From a virus (lineage: Duplodnaviria > Caudoviricetes): a stretch of DNA of 40,448 bases. A program made the position numbers and the translations under genes. Below are positions 24,632-33,703 of the stretch, piece by piece. Under the pieces are notes generated by a model. It did no database searches, had not been told where the DNA came from, and saw nothing but the letters and a program-made list of their open reading frames with translations. The first letter of the stretch is position 1; every line of letters begins with the position of its first letter. Location: IMG/VR virus record IMGVR_UViG_3300006046_000012, positions 1 to 40,448 of that record, one strand, 5' to 3'.

Positions 24632-25919
24632 AGGCACCAAGCTCCGCATCCAGACGGCGCGGGTCTTCAAGCCGCTCCTCACGCCAGCCCGCTACAAGGG
24701 CGCCTACGGAGGCAGAGGCTCCGGCAAGTCACACTTCTTCGCCGAGGCGCTCGTCGAGGAGTGCATCGTCACGCCGGGAACGGCCGCAGTCTGCATTCGC
24801 GAGGTCCAACGTACTCTCACGCAGTCCGCCAAGCGGCTCATAGAGCAGAAGATCCAGAGCCTCGGCGTGGGGCCATTGTTCCGCATCCTCGACGACCGCA
24901 TAGAAGCACCCGGCAAGGGGCTTATCATCTTCCAGGGCATGCAGGATCACACGGCAGAGTCCATCAAGAGCCTGGAGGGCTTCCGTATCGCCTGGATCGA
25001 AGAGGCGCAGACGCTCTCGCATCGGTCACTGGCGCTCCTGCGGCCCACAATTCGCGCGGAAAACAGCGAGATATGGGCGAGCTGGAACCCGAGACGCAAG
25101 TCCGATGCGATCGACGAGTTCCTCCGCCAGCAGAAGCCGCCCGGCGCCGTCGTCGTCGAGGCGAATTGGCGGGACAACCCCTGGTTCCCCGAAGTTTTGG
25201 TCTCAGAGCGTGAAATCGACCAAGAACGCTACCCAGAGCGGTATGACCACATCTGGGAAGGCGGCTATGCCAAAGCATTCGAGGGCGCTTACCTCGCAGC
25301 CGGGCTCAACGAGGCAAAGGCTCAGGGACGGATTGGCAAGGTCGCAGCCGATCCCCTTTTACCTCTCCGCGCATTCTGGGATCTTGGTGGCTCCGGTGCC
25401 ACTGCCGACGCAATGTCCATCTGGATCTGCCAATGGGTCGGACAGGAAATCCGCGTCCTCGACTACATCGAGGGCGTAGGCCAGGTGCTCGCCTACTACG
25501 TCGACGAGCTGCGCAAGCGAAAGTACGAGCGAGCCATCCACTACCTCCCGCACGACGGCGTGAACGCCAATGCCATCACCGGCAAGCGGTATGAAGACCA
25601 TCTGCGGGAGGCAGGTTTTGAGGTGCAGCCGCCAGTGAAGAACCAGGGGCGTGGCGCTGCGATGATGCGGGTGGAGGCGCTAAGGCGTCTCTTTCCCAAG
25701 CTCTGGTTCAATGAGGCGACGACGGAGGCGGGCAGGGATGCGCTCGGCTACTATCACGAGCGGCGCGACGACGATAGGAACATCGGGCTCGGGCCGGACC
25801 ACGACTGGTCGAGCCACGCCTGCGACGCGATCGGCCTGATGGCTATCTGCTACGAGGAGCCGAGCCGCTCGTCGGGCTTTGGGCGGAAGCTGAACTATCC
25901 GAAGCTGGGGATTGCTTAG
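24606..25919 (+). CDS. terL: Terminase large subunit (PBSX-like)
   Basis: Walker A GGRGSGKS, Walker B WIEEAQ, SWNP, nuclease motifs WDLG and HDWSSHACDA. Confidence 0.96.
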   Translation: MLAIPEPLEGTKLRIQTARVFKPLLTPARYKGAYGGRGSGKSHFFAEALVEECIVTPGTAAVCIREVQRTLTQSAKRLIEQKIQSLGVGPLFRILDDRIEAPGKGLIIFQGMQDHTAESIKSLEGFRIAWIEEAQTLSHRSLALLRPTIRAENSEIWASWNPRRKSDAIDEFLRQQKPPGAVVVEANWRDNPWFPEVLVSEREIDQERYPERYDHIWEGGYAKAFEGAYLAAGLNEAKAQGRIGKVAADPLLPLRAFWDLGGSGATADAMSIWICQWVGQEIRVLDYIEGVGQVLAYYVDELRKRKYERAIHYLPHDGVNANAITGKRYEDHLREAGFEVQPPVKNQGRGAAMMRVEALRRLFPKLWFNEATTEAGRDALGYYHERRDDDRNIGLGPDHDWSSHACDAIGLMAICYEEPSRSSGFGRKLNYPKLGIA

Positions 25920-26112
25920 GAATATATCCGAGCCGGGGGTCGCCGGGTCGTTTGTAGTAGACGGGCCGCCAGCGACCGTTGCCCTTCCATGGATAGCTAT
26001 AGGCGGCCTCAGTCTCGAGGTCTGTGTCTTCGGGCGTCCAAACCTCTTCGTAGACCAAGTGCCAGATGTTAGGCGCGGGCACGCGCGTCAGGAATGTGCG
26101 GCCTTTGAACAT
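25843..26112 (-). CDS. Possible antisense gene between terL and portal
   Basis: Aromatic-rich 89-aa ORF filling most of the intergenic gap. Confidence 0.4.
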   Translation of the reverse strand: MFKGRTFLTRVPAPNIWHLVYEEVWTPEDTDLETEAAYSYPWKGNGRWRPVYYKRPGDPRLGYIPKQSPASDSSASAQSPTSGSAPRSR

Positions 26113-26187
26113 GCTGCTGAAATTACCATCCGATGCCGCGCAGGAAAAGACCTAGCCGCTCTTTCTCGGCGCGGCTCTGCCGCTACT

Positions 26188-26217
26188 GGCCCCTTCGACA
26201 GGCTCAGGACGGGCTTG
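26188..26217 (+). repeat. REP-like repeat copy 1
   Basis: GGCCCCTTCGACAGGCTCAGGACGGGCTTG. Confidence 0.8.
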
Positions 26218-26250
26218 CCGCTACTACCAAACAATCTGGGAATATCGCTG

Positions 26251-26817
26251 ATGGCCAAGCTCACTACGTCCGAGGTGCAGGCCATCCTCAAGGGCGAGAA
26301 GTCCGACGCCCTGTCGGCGGCCGAGAGCAGCAAACTCTCCGAGGAGCGGGCGCGGGCGATGGACTACTACCAGGGCGACATGGCGGCCGACATGCCGGCG
26401 CCTGCCGATCGCTCGAAGGCCGTCTCCTTCGACGTGGCCGACGCCGTCGAGGGCCTGATGCCATCGCTCATGGACGTGTTTGTCGGCGGCGAGGACGTGG
26501 TGGAGTTCGTGGCGGTCGGGGCCGAGGACGAAGAAGCGGCGCAGCAGGAGACGGACTATATCAACCATGTATTCATGCAGAAGAACCCTGGGTTTCTGGT
26601 GATGTATTCCTTCATCAAGGATGCGCTGCTGTCCAAAAATGGCATTGTGAAAATATACTGGCACGACAAGGAAGAGCGCATCGAGGAGTCCTTCTGGGGA
26701 CTGCCCGACGCGGCCTTCGGCATGCTGAAGCAGGCGAAGGACATCGAGATCATCGAGCACACCGAGCGCGTCGGCATAGCGGGGCAGCAGCCGCGTGACG
26801 AGCAGGGGCCGTATTGA
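26251..26817 (+). CDS. Portal protein, N-terminal part
   Basis: ERARAMDYYQG..RSKAVS.DVADAVEGLMPSLM..ETDYINHVF..IKDALLSKNGIVKIYW; stops at TGA 26815-26817. Confidence 0.85.
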   Translation: MAKLTTSEVQAILKGEKSDALSAAESSKLSEERARAMDYYQGDMAADMPAPADRSKAVSFDVADAVEGLMPSLMDVFVGGEDVVEFVAVGAEDEEAAQQETDYINHVFMQKNPGFLVMYSFIKDALLSKNGIVKIYWHDKEERIEESFWGLPDAAFGMLKQAKDIEIIEHTERVGIAGQQPRDEQGPY

Positions 26818-28721
26818 TGCTGCCTCCCATTCCCGGCCAATTGCCTCCACCTCCTGGGCCGCCGATGGGGCCGCCGGGGGGCATGATGCCACCGCCTCCG
26901 GGGCCAATGGGCCCAATGCGACCACCCGGCCCACCGTCACCACCGGGAGCGGGGCCGCCTCCTCCTGGCGCTCCGCCAGGGCCCCTTCGGCAGGCTCAGG
27001 ACGGGCTTGGACCTCCTCCTGGCCCGCCACCCATGCCTCCGCCAATGCCGGAGACGGTACATGACGTGAAAATCTCACGCCTGCGCAAATACGGCTGCGC
27101 GGTGGTGGAGAACGTGCCGCCGGAGGAGTTTGGGGTCACACGCCGGCAACGCTCGGTCATGCTGCGTGACTGCGACTACTGCTTCCACGAGGTGCGCCGG
27201 ACAGAGGCCGAGCTTATCGCGGACGGCTATGACGCGGAGCAGGTAAAGCGGCTGCCCGACTATGCCGGAGATGGCGGCACGGAAGAGGTTTCACGTGACA
27301 CAGTGGACGACAACGCACTGTCCGATGGCGCGGCCCTGAACAAGGCCAACCGCCAGATACGTGTCACCGAACACTACGCCGTCATGGACTACGAGAAGAA
27401 CGGCAAGCCGCAGCGCTACCGGGTGACGACGGCCGGCTCCGGCTCGGAGATCCTCACACGCAACGGCAAGCCCGAGATCGTGCCCGACATGGTGCGCTTC
27501 GCGGCCATGACGCCGTTTATCATGACGCACAGGTTTTTCGGGCGCTCGATCGCCGACCTCGTCATGGACATCCAGAGGATCAAGACGGCGCTGCAGCGGG
27601 CGGCGCTCGACAACGTCTATTTCGCCAACAACCAAAGACTGGAAGTGGCGGAGGACGGGGCGACAAAGGACACGATCGACGACGTCTTAAGCAACCGCGT
27701 CGGCGGCATCATCCGCACGCGGCGCATCGGCTCGGTGGCGCCTGTCCCGAACCAGCCGATCGGCAGCTTCGTCTTTCCGATGATCGAGTACATGGACACG
27801 CTGCGGGAATGGCGCACTGGCGTCACGCGGCAGGGTCAGGGGCTTGATCCGAACGCGCTGCAGAACATCGGCGAGCGCGCCGTGCTCGACGCGCAGAACT
27901 CGGCGCGCGCGAAAATGAAGCTCATTGCGCGCATTTTCGCCGAGACCGGCATCCGCGAGATGTTCTGGCTGCTGCACGCCACCATCCGGCAGAACGCGGC
28001 GGAAGCCGAGACGGTGAAACTGCGCAATAGCTGGGTGAAGGTCGATCCGCAGGAGTGGCGGCAGCGCGATGACCTCACCATCAACGTCGGGCTTGGCACT
28101 GGCGACAAGAGCCAGGAGATCGCGGTGCTGAGAGAGATCATGCAGATCCAGGGCAACGCCATCCAGACACCAAAGATGAAGCTGGCGAAGCCGGACAACG
28201 TCTACAACACCTTGAAGCAGATCGTCCGCAAGGCCGGACTGAACTCCGTCGAGCCATACTTCACCGATCCGTCCCGCACGCCTGATCCGCCTCCCGAGCC
28301 TTCTCCCGAGGAGAAGAAGGCGATGGCCGAGATGAACCTGAAGCAGCAGGACATGCAGATGCGCCAGCAGGCCTCAATGGCCGACGCGCAGATGCGCCAG
28401 AGCCAAGCCCAGCAGGACATGCAGATGCAGCAGGTGAAGGCGCAGCAGGATGCGGGTTTGCAGCGTGAAAAGTTCATGCTCGACGCGCAATTGCAGCGCG
28501 AGCAGATGCAGGCCGATGCGGAACTGAAGCGCATGCAGATCGATGCGGAGTTGGCGCTGAAGCGCGAGCAGCTCGGCGCCGAGCTGGCGCTGAAGCGTGA
28601 GCTTGCGATGGCCGGGCTGCAATTGAAGGCGAGCATGCCGCCGCCCGGCCCTTCGACAGGCTCAGGACAGGCTAATGGCGGGGGCACGAGCGGCGTTCAC
28701 GTGGGCGGAGAGCCGGGCTGA
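26817..28721 (+). CDS. Portal protein, C-terminal part with an N-terminal poly-Pro linker
   Basis: VENVPPEEF, HRFFGRSIADLVMDIQRIKT, REWRTGVTR, IARIFAETG, INVGLGTG, Gln-rich barrel. Confidence 0.88.
   Translation: MLPPIPGQLPPPPGPPMGPPGGMMPPPPGPMGPMRPPGPPSPPGAGPPPPGAPPGPLRQAQDGLGPPPGPPPMPPPMPETVHDVKISRLRKYGCAVVENVPPEEFGVTRRQRSVMLRDCDYCFHEVRRTEAELIADGYDAEQVKRLPDYAGDGGTEEVSRDTVDDNALSDGAALNKANRQIRVTEHYAVMDYEKNGKPQRYRVTTAGSGSEILTRNGKPEIVPDMVRFAAMTPFIMTHRFFGRSIADLVMDIQRIKTALQRAALDNVYFANNQRLEVAEDGATKDTIDDVLSNRVGGIIRTRRIGSVAPVPNQPIGSFVFPMIEYMDTLREWRTGVTRQGQGLDPNALQNIGERAVLDAQNSARAKMKLIARIFAETGIREMFWLLHATIRQNAAEAETVKLRNSWVKVDPQEWRQRDDLTINVGLGTGDKSQEIAVLREIMQIQGNAIQTPKMKLAKPDNVYNTLKQIVRKAGLNSVEPYFTDPSRTPDPPPEPSPEEKKAMAEMNLKQQDMQMRQQASMADAQMRQSQAQQDMQMQQVKAQQDAGLQREKFMLDAQLQREQMQADAELKRMQIDAELALKREQLGAELALKRELAMAGLQLKASMPPPGPSTGSGQANGGGTSGVHVGGEPG
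26980..27009 (+). repeat. REP-like repeat copy 2 (within the poly-Pro linker)
   Basis: GGCCCCTTCGGCAGGCTCAGGACGGGCTTG, 29/30 identical to copy 1. Confidence 0.8.
28647..28673 (+). repeat. REP-like repeat copy 3 (portal C-terminal tail)
   Basis: GGCCCTTCGACAGGCTCAGGACAGGCT. Confidence 0.8.
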
Positions 28722-29017
28722 TGGCTGCTGATGACGAGTCTGCCCTGCGTCGCGACATGGCGGCTGCGGCCCAGGTGCGGGCGCTACTCGATAACGAGCA
28801 CGTCGAGGATGCCTTCGCGGAGTTGGAGGCATCCTACATCGCCGCCTGGAAGGTGACGCCTGCGCGTGATGCCGATGGCCGGGAGAAGCTCTGGCAGGCC
28901 GTGCAGATCGTCGGCAAGGTCAAGAGCCACCTGGAAGCGATCGCCGCCAATGGGCGGCTGGCGGAGTGGCAGATCGCCGAGATCGCGGTGCGGCCGAAGC
29001 GCTTCGGAATAGTCTAG
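28721..29017 (+). CDS. Conserved small head-region protein between portal and scaffold
   Basis: TGATG coupling; AFAELEASYIAAWK..D..GREKLW. Confidence 0.8.
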   Translation: MAADDESALRRDMAAAAQVRALLDNEHVEDAFAELEASYIAAWKVTPARDADGREKLWQAVQIVGKVKSHLEAIAANGRLAEWQIAEIAVRPKRFGIV

Positions 29018-29036
29018 TCCACTAGGAACCCTTTGC

Positions 29037-30119
29037 ATGTCTGAGCCTACCCAACCCGACGCGGGAGCGCCGGCACCTGAACCTGTTGCGCCCACTCCCG
29101 AGCCTGCAGCATCACCTCCGCCAGCTTCCGACGCGCCAATTACCGCGCGCGAGGCGGCGGATCTCATTTCCGGTAAGACGGATAAACCTTCGGCACCAGA
29201 TGGTGCTGACGCCGCCCCCGAAAGGCCCAGCGGCGAGACTGACGGACGCGACGACCCGGAGACACCTCCGCCCATCGAAGCCCCGAGGTCATGGACGAAA
29301 GCCGACAAGGAAGCATTCGCGAGCCTCCCCCGAGACACCCAGGAACGCATCCTGGCGCTCGACAGGACACGCGAGCTGGAATTGCGGCGCGGCCAGAACG
29401 AAGCCGCCGAGCAGCGAAGGGCCGCCGAGGCCATGGCGCAGCAGGCGGAACAGGCACAAGCGCAAGCACGATGGCAGTATGAGCAGTCCCTGCCGCAGCA
29501 GGCGCTGCTGCTGGACGCCGAGTATCGAAAAGAGTTCGGGACGCCCACCTGGGACGACCTTCAGGACTGGCAACGTAACGACCCGCTTCGATACCAGGCG
29601 TGGGATCTCGCCTACAAGCGACTGACACACGCGTCGGCCGAGCTGCAGGCGCAGCAGGCGAGCCAAGCCCAGCAGCAGCAATTGCAGCAGCAGCAGTACA
29701 TGCAGAACGCGGAGGCGTGGAGGGCCGAGGAGGCAGTCAAATTCGCCGATAAGTTTCCCGAGTGGAAAGACCCGAAAACCTATCAGGCGAATGTCTCCAA
29801 GGTCATGGACTTCATGAAGAAGACCGGGTTCGAGCAGGAGTTCCTGGCTCGGGCCGCCACTGACTTCCTGCCGATCCAGATCCACGACCATCGCTTCCAG
29901 GTGATGGCATGGAAGGCATGTCTCTACGACGATGCCGTGGAAGCCACCAAGCAGCCGTCACGCGCACCTGTTCCACCTGTCCAGCGTCCGGGCAGCGCTC
30001 CCAACAGGGGAGAGGCCAATGAGGCTCGGTTCAGAGACCTCACCAAGCAACTGGACCGCACTGGATCACTACGCGACGGAGCAGCGCTCATCGCGGCAAG
30101 GATGAACGGTCGGTCCTGA
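29037..30119 (+). CDS. Capsid scaffolding protein
   Basis: Acidic/Pro-rich N-terminus, APRSW..FASLP, coiled coil; directly upstream of the capsid gene. Confidence 0.8.
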   Translation: MSEPTQPDAGAPAPEPVAPTPEPAASPPPASDAPITAREAADLISGKTDKPSAPDGADAAPERPSGETDGRDDPETPPPIEAPRSWTKADKEAFASLPRDTQERILALDRTRELELRRGQNEAAEQRRAAEAMAQQAEQAQAQARWQYEQSLPQQALLLDAEYRKEFGTPTWDDLQDWQRNDPLRYQAWDLAYKRLTHASAELQAQQASQAQQQQLQQQQYMQNAEAWRAEEAVKFADKFPEWKDPKTYQANVSKVMDFMKKTGFEQEFLARAATDFLPIQIHDHRFQVMAWKACLYDDAVEATKQPSRAPVPPVQRPGSAPNRGEANEARFRDLTKQLDRTGSLRDGAALIAARMNGRS

Positions 30120-30137
30120 AAAGGACGAAGTAATACC

Positions 30138-31094
30138 ATGACTGTTCCAACAGATGTCTTCGCTACCTATCAGTCGATCGGTAACAGAGAGGACTTGTCG
30201 GACGTGATCTACAAGATCAGCCCGACGGAGACGCCGTTTTTGTCAGGTGTCGAGAAGGTAAAAGCCAAGGCTGTGAACCACGAGTGGCAGGTGCAGAACC
30301 TCGCCGCCGCCTCTACTGCCAATGCGGTGCTCGAAGGCGACGACGCGACGATCGACGCCGCCACTCCGACCGTGCGGCTCGGCAACATCGCGCAAATCTC
30401 CGACAAGGTGGCGGCAGTCACCGGCACGGAGAACGCCATCGACCGGGCCGGGCGTGACAACGAACTGTCCTATCAGCTTGCGCTGAAAGGGCAGGAACTA
30501 AAGCGGGACATGGAAAGCATCCTGCTGATGAACCAGGCCAAGAATGCCGGCGCAATCGGCACGGCGCGCAAGACCGCGTCGGTGCTCTCGTGGATCGGCA
30601 CCAATGACGCCTTCGGAGCGTCTCCTGGCGCGTCGCCGGCAACCCTCGACGGTCTCGCCACGAGGACCGACGGCGTACAGCGGGCGTTTACGGAAGCGCT
30701 CCTGAAGCCGGTGTTGCAGCTCATCTGGAACGAGGGCGGCGATCCCGACACCATCATGGTCGGCGGCGCCAACAAGCAGGCCTTCTCGACCTTCACGGGA
30801 CGCACCGGAACGGCCGGGCCGAACGAGCAGACAACGTCGAAGAAGATCGTCAACAATGTCGAGATCTACGAGGGAGATTTCGGCACCCTCAAGGTGGTCG
30901 CCAACCGCTTCATGCGGACGCGGGACTGCCTGGTCCTGGAGATGGACAAGTGGGCCGTAGCCTACCTGCGGAATATGCGTAGGTGGGATCTCGCCAAGAC
31001 CGGCGACTCCGAGAAGACGCAGATCATCTGCGAATACGCCTTGGAAGCTCGCAACGAGAAAGCTTCGGGTGGCGTCTTCGATCTCACGCCGTAG
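30138..31094 (+). CDS. Major capsid protein (DUF5309/SU10-like)
   Basis: GNREDLSDVIYKISPTETPF..HEW..EGDD..NIAQI..ELKRDME..YEGDFG..LAKTGDSEK..EYALE. Confidence 0.93.
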   Translation: MTVPTDVFATYQSIGNREDLSDVIYKISPTETPFLSGVEKVKAKAVNHEWQVQNLAAASTANAVLEGDDATIDAATPTVRLGNIAQISDKVAAVTGTENAIDRAGRDNELSYQLALKGQELKRDMESILLMNQAKNAGAIGTARKTASVLSWIGTNDAFGASPGASPATLDGLATRTDGVQRAFTEALLKPVLQLIWNEGGDPDTIMVGGANKQAFSTFTGRTGTAGPNEQTTSKKIVNNVEIYEGDFGTLKVVANRFMRTRDCLVLEMDKWAVAYLRNMRRWDLAKTGDSEKTQIICEYALEARNEKASGGVFDLTP

Positions 31095-31107
31095 CCTCTG
31101 ACACCCA

Positions 31108-31157
31108 TCGCCGCCACGCCCTTCGAGCACCTCCTGTGGCGTGGCGGCGACCCTTTT
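31108..31157 (+). terminator. Hairpin/terminator after the capsid gene
   Basis: Perfect 13-bp stem TCGCCGCCACGCC/GGCGTGGCGGCGA with a 17-nt loop, followed by CCCTTTT. Confidence 0.65.
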
Positions 31158-31202
31158 CCTTCCAGAGCATTGTTCCTCCCAACGCCTGGAGAGGAGGATC
31201 TG

Positions 31203-31817
31203 ATGGCGAAGCAGAAGCAGAAGACGAAGGACGCGAAGCCGAAGACGGCAAAGGCCAATACGAAGGCAAGGTCGCCGGTAAGGGCCGATCCGCCGGACTG
31301 GCTGCGCAAGGCGATGGCGGTGCCGCCAAAGCGCAAGGGCCGCCCGCCAGGCACGAAGAACAACAGGCCGAAGACAGAACCGCAAACTCTCAAGAGAGGA
31401 AGGAAATCAATGGCGACCAATAAGCCGTATGACCCGCTCGACGATCCCGACCTGCGCGCTGGCGCGAAAGGCGATGCACCGGGATGGGAAAGCCCGATCA
31501 AGCCACCGCACCGGCCCGACAATGCCTTGCCGGGTGCGCCGTCCACCAAGCCCGCCCCGCTGCCAGGTGGCGGCGTAGCGCCCGACAACACCCTGCCGCA
31601 GCCGGAAGAGCCCGCGCCATTTGACGAGGTGGCGTCAGGCGAGGTCATCCCTGCCGAGAACGCGCAGATGCTGATTGCCGGGACGCTTGGTGGCTCGGGC
31701 GATCACCACGCCTCGGCCAAGCGCATTCTGGAGCGCTTTGTGGAAGCCGGGTGGGAACTGCGCAAAGCGCTCGACGCCGGCACTGGCGACACGCGCAAGG
31801 GCAAGAGCAGGAAATGA
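31203..31817 (+). CDS. Hypothetical protein with a Lys-rich N-terminus; internal start at 31410
   Basis: GAGGAGG SD before 31203; AGGAAGGA before the in-frame ATG at 31410. Confidence 0.6.
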   Translation: MAKQKQKTKDAKPKTAKANTKARSPVRADPPDWLRKAMAVPPKRKGRPPGTKNNRPKTEPQTLKRGRKSMATNKPYDPLDDPDLRAGAKGDAPGWESPIKPPHRPDNALPGAPSTKPAPLPGGGVAPDNTLPQPEEPAPFDEVASGEVIPAENAQMLIAGTLGGSGDHHASAKRILERFVEAGWELRKALDAGTGDTRKGKSRK

Positions 31818-32083
31818 CGGCAAAAATAGAGAAACTGCCGCAGTTCCTCGACCGGCGTCCGGCTGCACCTAACGCCGCCTTCGAGGGCGGCGATGCCGGC
31901 GACGGCGAGGTCATCACTGGCATCATCCCGACCGCCCGGCATGTCGTCGACGTCGTAGATCCCAAGGACGTGAGCGCACTGATTTCCGAAAAGCTCGGCG
32001 GTGGCAGGCGGCAATACGGAATTGCCGAGGCCGTCCTCGCGCTATTCGCCGAAAAGCGCTGGCACGTCATCAGAGAGGGCTGA
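31814..32083 (+). CDS. Hypothetical protein
   Basis: ATGA overlap; MTAKIEKLPQ. Confidence 0.6.
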   Translation: MTAKIEKLPQFLDRRPAAPNAAFEGGDAGDGEVITGIIPTARHVVDVVDPKDVSALISEKLGGGRRQYGIAEAVLALFAEKRWHVIREG

Positions 32084-32084
32084 C

Positions 32085-32372
32085 ATGGCAACACAATATT
32101 GGGGCGCCGGCCGGATTGGCACGCACCAGAGCGTCGCCTACACGGGCACGGCGGGAACAGTCGCCAATACCATCACGGCGGGCGTGCAGAAGGTGCGGGT
32201 GGTGGCGACGAGCGCCTGCTACATCACGATAGGCGTCTCGCCCACGGCGACGACGGCCGGCATCTACCTGCCGGCGGATAGCCCGGAATATTTTACCATC
32301 GCGGCGGGCGAGAAAGTCTCGGCCATCCAGCTCTCGGCTGGCGGCACTCTGCACGTGACGGAAGTCAGCTAA
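32085..32372 (+). CDS. Small beta-rich virion (decoration-like) protein
   Basis: VRVVATSACYITIG.SPTAT..YLPADSPEYF..GEKVSAIQ..GTLHVTE. Confidence 0.72.
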   Translation: MATQYWGAGRIGTHQSVAYTGTAGTVANTITAGVQKVRVVATSACYITIGVSPTATTAGIYLPADSPEYFTIAAGEKVSAIQLSAGGTLHVTEVS

Positions 32373-33703
32373 TGGCGTTCGGGCGGCTCGGCAGTGTCGG
32401 GGCTGGCTTTGGCCGGCTTGGCGCCAGAGGGCATCATGCCGGCGGCTCTGTCGGCGGAGCTGCACTGCTGGCCGCTGAGACGGACGGCTTTGCAGTGGAC
32501 TTCACTTATCCCGTCGATGCGCAGCGGGTGGCGCTGAAGGCGGCGGGGGCCGTGACGAGCTATGGCCTGGACAGCTTCCTGACTAACTCCAGCGCCTCGC
32601 CGAAGCTCGTCTATGACGTGTCCGGCAATCTCGTCTGGTCGCCGCACAACATGTATCTGCAGTCGGACACTCCCGCCACGCGCACCGTCACCACGGTTAT
32701 CGGACAGCAATATACCGTGACGGTCGCAGGCACCGGCTCGCTGACAGGCTCCAGCGGGGCAGCGGGTGTCGCCACCAGTGCATCGCCGCTCACCTACACG
32801 GCAACCGGCACGTCGAGCATCTTCACGCTCGCCGGCTCGCTGACGCGAGTGCAGATGAACCGAGGGGCTGTGGCGACGGCCTATCTTGCGACGACGGCTG
32901 CCGCCCGTAATGGTCTGGCGATTGACTACGACCCGACGACGCACGCTGCGAAGGGGCTGTTGACGGAGCCGCTGGCGACCAACCTGCTGCTCAATAACGC
33001 CACGCTCTCGACGCAGTCCGCCACGGTGACGGCTGTCGCGCACACGCTGTCTTTCTGGGGCACGGGAACGGTGACGCTGACGGGAGTGTCAACGGCTGGC
33101 CCGCTGACGGGCACTGGCGTCAATAATCGCGTCAGCCTTACCTTCACGCCGACCGCCGGCTCGCTGACGCTGACGGTGACGGGAACCGTGACCAATGCAC
33201 AGCTTGAGGCGGGCTCCGTCGCCACATCGCTTATCAATACGTTCGGCGCGACGGTGTCGCGGCTCAAGGACACATACAATGTCACTCCCGCCTCGATAAA
33301 CTACTCAGCCACGGCGGGGAGTTGGTGGGCCGAGATCGATGCGAATGTCGTCATCGCAAATGCCAGGGTTATCGGATATTCGGCTGGCTATGGCATGTAT
33401 ACCCAGAATGCAACCACTTTTACGCTTTACGATGTCACTGTCACTCTTAATAAGACTGTCACCAGTACCCTAGGCAGCAATAAGGTTGCTGGCGCATTTG
33501 CGAGCGCGGACAGGGCGGTCACTGCGGCGGGGCTTGCGCCGGCAACCAGCGCTGTTGCGGGAATAAATCTGGGAAGTCCGGGCGCTCTCATCGGCTTCGG
33601 CTATGACCCGAGCGGCGCCGCCGGCATCTTGGGCTATATCCGAAAAGTCTATTATCTGCCGCGCCGCATGAGCAATGCTGAACTGACGGCAGCAACCGTA
33701 TGA
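32372..33703 (+). CDS. Head/tail fibre (spike) protein with a lectin-like C-terminus
   Basis: Thr/Gly-rich; IDYDP..GLLTEPLATNLL, AQLEAGSVATS, GYIRKVYYLPRRMSNAEL motifs. Confidence 0.75.
   Translation: MAFGRLGSVGAGFGRLGARGHHAGGSVGGAALLAAETDGFAVDFTYPVDAQRVALKAAGAVTSYGLDSFLTNSSASPKLVYDVSGNLVWSPHNMYLQSDTPATRTVTTVIGQQYTVTVAGTGSLTGSSGAAGVATSASPLTYTATGTSSIFTLAGSLTRVQMNRGAVATAYLATTAAARNGLAIDYDPTTHAAKGLLTEPLATNLLLNNATLSTQSATVTAVAHTLSFWGTGTVTLTGVSTAGPLTGTGVNNRVSLTFTPTAGSLTLTVTGTVTNAQLEAGSVATSLINTFGATVSRLKDTYNVTPASINYSATAGSWWAEIDANVVIANARVIGYSAGYGMYTQNATTFTLYDVTVTLNKTVTSTLGSNKVAGAFASADRAVTAAGLAPATSAVAGINLGSPGALIGFGYDPSGAAGILGYIRKVYYLPRRMSNAELTAATV

Noticed and set aside
25912-26250. N-terminal extension of the portal (ORF from 25912)
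   Set aside because: Portal-like sequence begins at ATG 26251; the extension contains a translated repeat and looks non-coding.
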